Source of the DNA: Chiloscyllium plagiosum
Taxonomy: Eukaryota
Assembly (NCBI RefSeq): GCF_004010195.1
Contig: NC_057719.1
Location: 54,275,926 to 54,339,925 of the forward strand
Reading direction: 5' to 3'
DNA length: 64,000 bases
Shown here: positions 53,401 through 64,000 of the stretch, piece after piece
Layout of the letters: the number at the start of each line of letters is the position of its first letter
Numbering within the stretch: the first letter of the stretch is position 1
Translations under genes and position numbers: made by a program
Notes under the pieces: model-generated
Told to the model about the DNA's origin: nothing
The model's database searches: none
The model's input: the letters and a program-made list of their open reading frames with translations, nothing else

Positions 53401-54661
53401 AGCCTTATAAAGCTTGTTAATCCTATCTCCAGTATTACTCAATCCTTTAATCCTCAGTTTCGACTGTTTGCCACGCTAAAAGCTGTCAGGACTGTTTTCT
53501 GGTTCAGCTAAATCCAGAACTTCCTTTCATTCTCAGCTCCTAGAAAGCCTTATAATTCCCAAGACTTGATTTCCCAGACTCATTGTCCCCAGACTCATTG
53601 ATTTCGGGTTTACTCACAATGTACTTGGATGCTAATATTTCCTTCTCTGAGAGGTGTCAGGATCCTTCTCCAGTGATTCGAGCATTCACTTAGGAAGTCC
53701 CAGAATCTCTTTTACATTGCAAACTCAGACACTTTCTCAGGGCTCCTCAACACTTGTCATTGATTATTAAAACATCAAGTGCCAGCTGCTAATAATCCTG
53801 TTCTTACAAAATCTCAACTCACTATGAACAATGCTTTGGGAGGTTTGTTAATGTATTAATAATTTTGCTTATTGTTCAGATTGCTATCAATATCACATTT
53901 TTACATGGCATTTTACAAACAAAAAGAAACAAAGTGTGACAAGGAACAAATTATTTCTTGGTAGAGTACATCACATTTTCAATTTACTATTAGTTGTTAT
54001 AAGCAAACTAAATTGTGTTACCTTCACAGAACCCAAATTTGTCATTAAACACTCTCAGTTGCCATATATTTTTCAGACAGTGTGGTTAATAATTGAATAG
54101 ATTTCTCTGCTGTATGGAATCTAAATGTGTATATCTAATCAATATTGCATTAAGTTATTAACAGTGCTGTATACTTTTGAACTTTTTTAGATCATCCCCA
54201 CTTATTTGTCCAAAATCCTTTTACATCTTTCCATGTTACAGTACCAATTGACTGCAAGACACTGTGGATCATCTATCAAGTATCTGTAAAGGTTGATATT
54301 GATCCCACAATTTGTTGATATACAATAAGTCAAGGTTCTTTGCCTTCTATTTTAACCTAGTTAGTGAATAGTCATATTAACATCTCAGTAAAACTTGGAA
54401 CCTAACCATATAGGTTTCCTCCTAGACTACTATATCTCAATTTGCTCCATTACCAGTGCACTTATGTGTCAGCACACTACCATCATGCTGCTCAATATCT
54501 TAAAAGAATATCAATACATTTGCAATAGGAATTATTCGGAATAACTTTAGTTTGAAAAATGCTTTAGAACACATGGATTATACTGAGTGAATGATGTTTG
54601 GTTCTTCTGAAGATCTACTAAACATTCTGTTTCTGTTCCAGGCTAGTTAACCAGATTTACA

Positions 54662-56052
54662 ATGGAAAAACTGCTTTTTTATCTGCTGTTAATTGCTATG
54701 ACAGTGAAGGCCCAGGTCTGCCCCAAGCGTTGTATCTGTCAAAATCTGTCTCCAAACCTTGCAACTCTTTGTGCCAAAAAAGGACTTCTCTTTGTCCCAG
54801 CCAACATTGACCGAAGGACAGTGGAGCTACGTTTAGGAGATAATTTTATTACAATCATTAAAAGGAGAGACTTTGCTAACATGACCAGCCTGGTAGACCT
54901 TACATTGTCAAGGAATACAATTAATTATGTTGCACCGCAAGCATTTGCAGACCTACGCAATCTGCGGGCCTTACATTTGAACAGCAACAGACTAACCCAG
55001 ATCACAAATGACATATTTAGTGGACTTTCTAACCTTCACCATTTAGTGGTCAATAACAACCAACTAATTGATATTTCCTCAGAAGCTTTTAATGATATTT
55101 TGTTGTCCCTTGAAGAGTTGGACGTATCCTATAATAATTTAAAATCTATTCCCTGGGAGGCAGTTCAGAAGATGGTCAACTTACATACATTCAGCATGGA
55201 CCATAATATGATTGAACAAATTGATGAGGGGACTTTTTCCCATCTTCACAAGTTGACTCGTTTGGATATGACGTCTAATAAATTACGGAAGCTACCACCT
55301 GATACCTTGTTCACGAGAGCTCAGGTACTAGCCTACTCAGGACTCTTGAACCCACCAAGTTTTACATTGAGCTTTGGAGGAAATCCCTTGCATTGCAACT
55401 GTGAGTTACTCTGGCTGCGCCGTCTTTCAAGGAATGATGATCTGGAGACCTGTGCCTCACCTCCACAACTAACAGGTCGGTACTTTTGGTCTATCCCAGA
55501 AGAAGAGTTTATCTGTGATCAGCCACTGATTACTCGCTATACGCATGAGCTCAGAGTCTTAGAAGGTCAACGTGCAACATTGAAGTGTAAGGCCATTGGG
55601 GATCCAGACCCTTCCATACACTGGACTTCACCTGAAGGCAAGCTCATTTCAAATTCAACACGGACAGCTTTATATAGTAATGGAACTTTAGACATCCTTA
55701 TAACTACTGTCAAAGATACAGGCACTTTCACCTGCATTGCTTCAAATGCTGCTGGAGAAACCACTGCTGTGGTGGAACTTCACATAATCAAACTCCCACA
55801 TTTAGTCAACAGTACGAACCACATTCATGAGCCCGATCCTGGCTCATCCGACATTTCTACTTCGACTAAATCTGGCTCAAACACTAGTAATAGTGTTAGT
55901 GACACTAAGGCCAAACCAGAAAAGAGGGTGGAAGTTGCTGAAACATCATCATCATCTGCACTTATTAAATTTAATTTGCAACACAATATCCCTGGCATCC
56001 GTATGTTCCAGATTCAGTATAATGGTTCTTATGACGATTCACTTGTTTACAG
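54662..56052 (+). CDS. LRFN5: LRFN5/SALM5-like synaptic adhesion molecule, first coding exon: signal peptide, LRRNT, LRRs, LRRCT, Ig domain and N-terminal part of FN3
   Basis: [49 protein letters not shown]... with LxxLxLxxN repeats, GNPLHCNC cap, Ig ([21 protein letters not shown]) and FN3 start; closely resembles vertebrate LRFN5 as I recall it. Strong Kozak acaATGG. Acceptor ttctgttccag ends at 54641, giving a 20-nt UTR part. Phase-2 donor AG|gtaagc at 56053. Confidence 0.95.
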
Positions 56053-56750
56053 GTAAGCTCTTTCAACTGTTTCTGCATTCTAGTATTTAATCAGTTGGAG
56101 CTGTATTTATTTTGTTAATGCAGTGTTCTCTTTTAGTACATAAATAGAGGTGAAACCACTGTCACATTACAGCTTCATGTGAGCTCTGTGAGGACATGGT
56201 CAATTATTAATGCAGTGTTTTTCCTTGTCTGGTAATAAACAAGTAAGAGTAAAGCCCTCATAATACCATACTGATCCTTAATCCTGTACTGTAATCTTAT
56301 TTATTCTGTGCATGCAGCCACATCACAGTTCACGTCTCTCTGTGAAAAGTTGGTTATTGTGTGATGACACTTAAAAAAAATGCTTCAAAAAGACACTTCA
56401 GATTATGGTGTCAAAAATCAATCAAACGGTGACTTCTTCAATTCTTGATCCAGTTGCTTTGTAGTTGACTTTATAGAATTTTGTTTTGGCCTGGGAACTA
56501 ACTTCAAATTTTCTTTCTCAACTTAAAATGACAGCATCTTTCTTTTTGAAATGAAAGTAACATTTTTGTAATGTAGGCCTTCAATGAGCTATGTCCAAAC
56601 TTAAGTGTGGTTATTTATCCCAAGAGACCTGCACGTGTATGTGGCTTTAAGCTTTCAGTTATGTTAATAAAAGAAGTTTCTTTTTCAATAATTGAGAAAA
56701 GAATGAAGTCTCAAAGGTGAACTAATGCAAGTCAATGTATTGTCCCTCAG
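56053..56750 (+). other. 698-bp GT-AG intron of LRFN5-like gene, splitting the FN3 domain
   Basis: gtaagc...ccctcag; restores the reading frame between the two ORFs. Confidence 0.92.
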
Positions 56751-57684
56751 AATGATTCCTTCCACAAGCAAAAGCTTCCTTGTCACTAACTTGGCTGCAG
56801 GAACGCAATATGACTTGTGTGTCTTAGCAATCTACGATGATGGTATCACTTCCCTCACAGCTACCAGGGTTGTTGGCTGCATACAGTTTACCACAGACCA
56901 GGATTATGTTCGCTGTCATTTTATGCCGTCTCAGTTTCTGGGAGGAACCATGATAATTATAATCGGTGGAATTATCGTAGCTTCTGTGTTGGTCTTTATT
57001 ATCATACTGATGATTAGATACAAGGTGTGCAACAATAATGACACACACAAGATGACAAAGGTCAGTAATGTCTATTCTCAGACAAATGGAGCGCATTTGC
57101 AAATGTGTAGTGGAATATTAACCCACTCAAATTCTAAAGTCATCATGGGTCACGAAGAGAACACACAGTATCATAAAGATCCCAAATCACAATCTTCGGA
57201 ATCTACCTTGAGCCAGGAATGTGCTACCACTACCTCCATCGTACCACCTGACTGGACTACAGGTGTTACTGCATCTCAAAAGCTGAAAAGAAAGGCTGGG
57301 CCAAAGTCAAGTGTCGAAAGACCAATGGAAGCTTTCACCAATGTTGAGACATCCAAAAAGAAAAGGGAAAATACTGCAATTTTACAGAAGCCCTCCTGTG
57401 CTCCAATTTCTCTGAAAGAAACTCCCACATTTAGACGAGCACATTCTAAGTCCATTAAATATCTTACTCTGCCAACAGAAACAAGCAGAGCTAAACGGAG
57501 ATATTCACTCAATGGAGATTTATCAGAGTATCATTGCTATACTCATTCACAAAAGATTAGCAGCCTGTGGTCAAAAAGAAGCATGTCAATGAATGGAATG
57601 TTGTTACAGTTGGAAAACTCTGATGCTGATAGTGGGAAAGCCACTTTCTCAAGTTCTGAGTGGATAATGGAAAGCACTGTGTGA
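56751..57684 (+). CDS. LRFN5: LRFN5-like second coding exon: rest of FN3, transmembrane helix (~56950-57015) and cytoplasmic tail ending -WIMESTV
   Basis: Acceptor tgtccctcag ends at 56750, with branch-like actaat at 56721. AG+A rebuilds the Arg codon (…LVYR/MIPS…). Joined CDS is 1391+934=2325 nt = 774 aa plus stop. [24 protein letters not shown] is followed by RYK. Confidence 0.93.
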
Positions 57685-60450
57685 CATGTTAAATATGTTA
57701 CAGTAAAGGAACACTGCCTTGTAACAGTTTGGGAATTCTATGCTAGTCTTTCAGTTTGATGGCATTTCCAGCAAGGTAGGAATGGAACTGGCTCATGCAC
57801 GCAATTCTTCGATAGAAATCAACAGGCAGCACAGAAAGACTGGAAGGTAAAGCACGATTTAGCACCAGTGCCTTATCCTGCTTTAGGATTGGCTTTCTGG
57901 TTCTGGAGTATAGGATAAATGAGTGAATTTTTTTTCACAGAAGCCTTTGACCAAGGAAATATGGTTTCCTGCATCTTAAAGAAAAAAAAGCCTATTTATG
58001 GACTACTTAATAAATTGATATTTTTTAAAAAATGAGCTGTATGTTTCTTTTCAGTGACAATGGTAAATGCCTTTTGTTTTCAGGCAATTGCTGTACAGAT
58101 AAAACAACTTTGTGTTGTTATGTTGTGTACAATAAAGGATTAAATAAGTATACTCGGCCAGTGTTAGTACAATGAATAGCTGTTATGTGTGCAATTAGGC
58201 AGGGCCTGGAAATTGTGGTAGCCCAGCCAAGTCTGGTAAAGGTACTCCATCCTGCCAGCTAAGTAATCTAAAATGATTGAACTTCCATAATAAGGGTGCC
58301 AGTCCTGCATCAGAAAAAATAATGGTTGTGGTAATGTAATCTTCGCATTTAAATCAAGTATTCATAGTCTGACTACCACTCAAAGGAGCCATTAAATAAA
58401 AATATTGCCACTCAAAGGAGCTGCATTAAGGCCCGCTGCTGAAGTGCTTTCAACTGATTCTAATGCTATTTTTGTGAAATTGTAACACAGAAATACGTAA
58501 GGAAAATGGTATAAACTAGAATGTGCAAAGAATCTGAGGAACAGATTTATTTAATCCAATACCAGGCTAACCATTAAATTAGAAAGACATTTTTACAAAG
58601 CACATTACAATATTGTGATGTTTGAAGAGCCCAACTGATAAAATCGTTATTTACCTGGTACAAATGAGCAAATGGACAATAGCATTTCAGATTAATGGGC
58701 TGGTGTGGTCTAAGCGAAAACGCAGCCAAACTCAATCACAGTTTTGAGCCATTTAACTACTGGTATAAACTCAGTAGTGTTACTAAAAACTCTGTGCCAA
58801 GTTTTTGCTCAAGCGTGGGATTGTATTTCTTGTCAAAGAACATGATTATCCATTTTCAAGAAATCCAAAATCCGAAGCAAGCTGGTGAAATCTTGGCTGT
58901 GCCCCAGATCACATCTAATCAACCCGGTTAGTAAAAGTTTGGACCTTGTGTTGTGCTCACTCCCATTATCTGGTGAACATTTTTAGACTCCTTTTGACAT
59001 ATGCAATTTGTAAAATTAGTGAAGCACACATTATATCATGGCTTGACCTAACCTGATAGAAACACGCAAGACAGTCAGTCCATCCAAGGTTTTACAAGGG
59101 GTGTTTTTTTTGGAACCTAGCAGCAGAGTAATGATGAACCTGGTTTTATTTTAAGAGGAAGGTTTACCCAGACCTGTCAAATTCACTCATTTCAATAAAA
59201 AAGTATAACCTGTTTCTATGTGTTTCGCTCTTTGAAAATAAAGTTTAGATATTTAAATGAGTTTGTAATCTGTCTGAATTTTTGTGTTTGCAAGCTCTTC
59301 TGAATTTACAGACTAAGCTGCACAATGAAATCCTTCTTATAGAGCCCCTGTGTATTGAAACTAGCTTATCTGATGATCCTGCCAGCCAACAAGTGAATTA
59401 ATGATTTAAACCTGATGCCTCAGGAGACCAGCTGTCTATAAAGGCCATCTGGAGAGTCTGTCAAGGATAGATTTTAGAAAATGCTTTCACTGTACTTTTC
59501 AGTTTTGGGGTCTATTTTCTTTGCCCCTACAATTTGTGTGGTATGAGATACAGATATTTTCTGCTCCCTGACAAAATGAAGCTATATATTTTGAGTGTGG
59601 ATCATTAGAAGGTAAAATCTCACAAATGTATGTTCACTGACCTACTCGCTGCATTCAAGAATGCAAGAAAAGGTATGTCCTTATTATTTTTCTTTTTAAA
59701 TTGGTATCAATCCAGGTTTGAAAGAAGACTTACACAGCCTTAACTTCTACCATTTTTCGAATTTCTTGATGCATTTACTGCAGTTCTTATATAAATTTGT
59801 TGTTGACTATCAGATGACAGTCTGAATATTAACACCAAACAGAATTTTTGTATTTCTTCTGCCTTAAAATCAGTTTGAAAAAAAAACTTTCTCCTTCACA
59901 TCCAGCTCATGTCAAATATCTATTTTTCAATGCTATATTCAAGCAGCTCAGTGTACTGTGTTGTAAATTGTTCCCCAAGATTGAAGATACATTTCTACGT
60001 TATTACCTGAAGACTGTATTTTTGATTTCATATTTTCATCTTCTTAAAGCAAAACATTAATTACTGAAACAAGTGCTTTGCTAGTCAAATGGGAAGTGTG
60101 CTTGGCTTGGTAGAGTACTGAAGAAACATGCAAGATCTTCAGTACAAAGAAATGAACATTTCATTTTGTTCTTGAAAATGATTTATGTGATAAAAGTTGT
60201 GAAATTAGTCTGCAAAGCACTTAAACTGATTAATCATTTTCCAGTTGATATTTTTGGATGATTTTAACATTACTTTTAGCATTGGTTAGTCATTGCTTAC
60301 ATCAAGACCTCCATTATATATACTGATGTCAAATGCAGATGACATTTTGGATCTAACAATGTTCCTTAATGCATAGATAGTTCTTAAGGGCTATCTAATT
60401 GCATCAATCTGACTTTTTTTTCATGTCAGTTATAGTTATCTTTGAATAAA
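57685..60450 (+). other. Probable 3' UTR of LRFN5-like gene with candidate poly(A) signals
   Basis: Repeat-free AT-rich sequence after the stop. AATAAA at 58131, 58395, 59194, 59237 and 60445. The true end is unknown. Confidence 0.5.
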
Positions 60451-60580
60451 AACAAAATACATGGATGCTGAAAGTCTGAAATAAGCAAAGAGAAAGCTGG
60501 AGAAACTCAGCAGGTCTGGCAGCATCCGTGGAGAAAGAAAGGGTTAACATTTTAAGTCCAGTATGACATCTTCAGAACTG
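60450..60580 (-). mobile_element. Second-family Penelope-terminus remnant
   Basis: ctcagcaggtctggcagcatc motif as at 24290. Related scraps at ~4230-4355, 25125-25225, 29150-29350 and 42930-43050. Confidence 0.6.
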
Positions 60581-60849
60581 AAAGGTTCAACTTTGAGTCA
60601 GGCTGTTTTCTTCACACCAATAGATAGTAGATAGTATTCTGTGCTCAGGAGTTGGTTAAAAAATATGCTAGACATTCTACATTTTTTGAGCCGGAGAGAA
60701 TAGGATCTGAACTTTTTCACATACAGAGTCAGAGCCCCAAATCCAGAAGTCACACCATCCTCCCCCATATCCAGGACTATTTTTGCAAGGAGGGGTGGTG
60801 AAGGAAATTATGGTTTGTGCATTCATGGTTCATAGAGATAGATGCACAT

Positions 60850-61015
60850 TGTGGGTGTACCTACACCAAATGGACTGTGGCAGTTCAAGAAAGCAGCACA
60901 TGAGCATGTTTTCATTCATGAGATGTAGAATCACTTGCTAGGCCAGTATATTAGGAATAGGCAATACAGCTGGCCTAGCCAGTGAATCCTTCATCTCATG
61001 AAATGAATAAAAATA
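60850..61015 (+). mobile_element. CR1/L2-type LINE 3' end with internal inverted repeat
   Basis: Similar to 34370-34560; gctaggccag / ctggcctagc inverted pair. Confidence 0.5.
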
Positions 61016-61811
61016 ATGTTAATGGTTGGCTACCTTCAGTCAGATCTGATTTTGGTTAATGATATGTATAAAATATCTCTTGCGCACTTAGACCTATATT
61101 GAGAAGGTTTAAACACACTGACAGCCTTGGGAGAAGTCCTTTCAGAGTGATAAACTGCCCTTTTTGGTTATGGTCCTGACACACCTTTGGAAAGGTCAAG
61201 TGAACTTTGGGGTTGTGAAAAGCTGACATGAATATCCACACAAAGTAAACTCATTGGAACTATTAAGTTTGCTCATTATAAACATCTAAGGATGCTGTCA
61301 AGGCATTTACTATTTTGCTGTTTAAACATTTTGGGGGTAGCAGATCTGCATTGTTAAAATAAACTATTTTACTCAGTTGACTTGAGTCTGAGGGCTGTTA
61401 AAGGATTAGTAATCCATGACTGATTTCACAACAAGTGGATTACCTATTGTGCACCATGTAACTGACATATCCATATGCTTGTGAAGTCTTTGAAGTGGGA
61501 CTAGGAATACAAATGCATGTTTTTATAAGGGATTAAAGGAAGTTAAATGTAGCAATTTTTTTAAAAAGGTTTTTTTTGGAAATGTAACTATCAATAGAGA
61601 CTTAATAGTTCAAGATTAGAATGGATCTTCAAGTCTCAACATGGTATATACTCAGTGAGTTTGCAGAGAGGGTATAAGGGAAGATGGTGGGAAACATTAG
61701 TTGGCACAGTGCTACAAAAGGCCGTGAGCCATAATTCAACATGGAGGGTATGAGGGGCCATGGGAGTAGATGAGGGCATACATTGGTAAAGGAGTGTGTG
61801 AAGTGCAAGAG

Positions 61812-62020
61812 ACGGCATGGCATGGTGGCTAGGTGATTAGCACTACTGCCTCACAGCACCTGGGACATGGGTTCGATTCCAGCCTCGTGAAACTGTCTGG
61901 GTGGTGTTTACACATTCTCCCTGTATTGGGTTTGCACGTTCTCCGTGAGTTTCCACTGGGTGCTCTGGTTTTCTCTCACAGACCAAGATGTGCAGGTTAG
62001 GTAGATTGACCATGGTAAAT
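61812..62020 (+). mobile_element. HE1-type SINE, 3'-truncated
   Basis: A box, ggttcgattcc B box and HE1 body. Confidence 0.75.
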
Positions 62021-62448
62021 GGCTCCTGCACCCCATTTATTTCATTGGTCACATTTGTAGCACTGTAAAATGTCAGATTCTGCATTTATTACCGGTGAGA
62101 AAACATTCTGACCCAGCAATTCACCCCAGGAGTTACGGTGATTTGATCTAAACCACGTTGAAAAGATATGATTCTAATGCATCATACCACTGAATGTGCT
62201 ATTTAGAATTGCAAGTAGATTATCAGGGAAAATATTGCGAATCATTGGTGCAATTTTGGCTTGAAGGAACAAATAATTCAGTCAGGTCAGTTTCTTTTAT
62301 GCTTCCCCTGGAAGCAGTGCTTACCAAACTCAAATGTAATAAAACATCTTTGACATAGTTGAGGGTTTTGAGTGAAGTACTGATCTACCTTGTCTCTGTT
62401 CTGTTCTCTCTGATTCAGCACTGACTGAGCAATCTAGAAGCACTGAGT

Positions 62449-62950
62449 GATTACAGCACAGAATTAGCCCATTAGATCCATCGTGTCTGTGCTGGACCCC
62501 GAAGTAACAATTTATTTATTGCCATTCCCTTGCCTTTCCATCACATGATTTGTCCTGTACAAATAGTGAACCAATTCTCTTTTGCAAGCCTGAGTTGAAC
62601 CTGCCTCCATTGCATTCTCAGGCAGTGCATTCTAGATCCTGACCACTTGCTACATTAAAGGTTTTCAGTCATCATTGCTTCTTTTGACAATTACCCTCTC
62701 TGCTCCCCAGTTGTCAACCCTTCCTCAGATTCCACAGAGGGGACAGTTTCTCCACATCAGTTTGTGATTTTAACAGTGTTATCAAATCTCCTCTTGACTT
62801 CCTATTTTCCAAGGAGAACAATCTCAGCCTCTTCCATTGTTCTACATTACTGAAATTCTTCCTGGAAACATTCTTGTGATCCTTTCTGTACACTCTGTAA
62901 TACCTTAACATCCTTTCTGAAGTCCGATGCATTTGAAATGTCACACAAAA
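62449..62950 (-). mobile_element. Degraded CR1 3' fragment
   Basis: RLRLFSLENRKSRGDLI remnant plus CR1-like 3'UTR. Confidence 0.7.
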
Positions 62951-64000
62951 ATACCGGAATTCTGGAAAAGATAGCGGTGTCATTTTCAGGGCACCAGAAC
63001 AGCTTTAGCTGAACTTTGTAACTCTCCAAATCATGTTCATTAATCTTGTCACTGACTGGCATGTTTAATTTTCCAGATGGTCACCATATACAGAAACAGT
63101 TGCAGGGTGGTTATGTATTGTTTCTCTTTTATTTTTCTCACATTTGTACCTTTGATTAAAAGGATTTGAATTAAAGACTGAGAGCGAAGTTTGTTATGGC
63201 CAAATGGGAGCCATAATGATTGGTGAGGTCTGATTTTATATCTGTGTACATGGACTTTAGTGCCATCCTGAATTGGTCCCTGTGCCAGCTTAGCTTAAAA
63301 GGGATGGGTTGTTGATGTTAATCAGGCTTTTTGTTGTCAGTTTGCTGAATTGGGAATGAGAAACCAAGTGTCACTGGCATCAGTTTTATTTTTAAAAGCC
63401 TGGACCTCAAACAGATAAATTACAATGTGGCTGTAATCAGTTGCGCTCTGAACGGTAGGAAAACGGCAAGCAAGAGAAATTCTTGATTTGGTGGTATAGT
63501 GCAGGACACCCAGCTGAAGGAGGGAGTTCAGCTTTCTACATAGCACTAAGGGTGCGTCCTGGACCACCTCCCAGCAACAGCAAGCACAGGGGGCACACTG
63601 GTCAGCACCAGAAGTAACAGTGCAAAGACATAATGCCAATATATTTAAATATATTAAAATTCATAACAACAATACATAAATTAATTTTATTTCATGATTT
63701 TACAGTGTTTACCTCAGCAATACAAAACTCCCTCCCTGTCTCCCTCAGTTTTCTCCAATTATCAAAGCACTTTGTTACTCTCCAGCCTCCTGTTACTATA
63801 GGGACACAGTGTAATTGCTGTTGTATCACTTCTCTCATCTTTCTTTCATGTCTTACTTGTGTTGTCTTTTATACAGCAGAAATATTATTCTATCCTGATA
63901 TTAATATCTTAAATTGTCTCAACAAACTAACATTAAAGGCGACACAACAGGGAACAGACAGCCACAAGAGGACCACCATCTAGATCATGTTCTTTCTCAT

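Noticed and set aside
53200..53800. Compositionally distinct intronic block with small repeats (cccagactcattg x2)
   Set aside because: Could not be assigned to an exon or element from sequence alone.
56725..56750. Independent start of a 319-aa protein (MQVNVLSLR)
   Set aside because: These codons are intronic (branch point and acceptor); homology starts at 56751.

Overview
Vertebrate nuclear DNA, very likely from an elasmobranch (shark), inferred from the many HE1-type tRNA-derived SINEs, CR1 LINEs and Penelope remnants. Positions 1 to ~43 kb are a dense, nested retroelement graveyard: two near-full-length decayed CR1 LINEs, Rex/Babar, RTE and Ty3/gypsy fragments, a DeuSINE, and many short Penelope-derived inserts carrying minimal hammerhead-ribozyme cores, several as long palindromes. 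Positions ~43-60.4 kb are almost repeat-free. They hold a CpG-enriched putative promoter and one real gene, an LRFN5/SALM5-type synaptic adhesion molecule (two coding exons, 774 aa). Main observations: (1) the LRFN5-like protein ends in a class I PDZ ligand (-ESTV) that canonical mammalian SALM5 lacks; (2) intact hammerhead cores sit in TSD-flanked mini-elements; (3) a 42-bp minisatellite made from a Penelope endonuclease-coding segment sits at the centre of an inverted Penelope junction. Repeat boundaries are approximate and family names come from motif recognition, not database searches.
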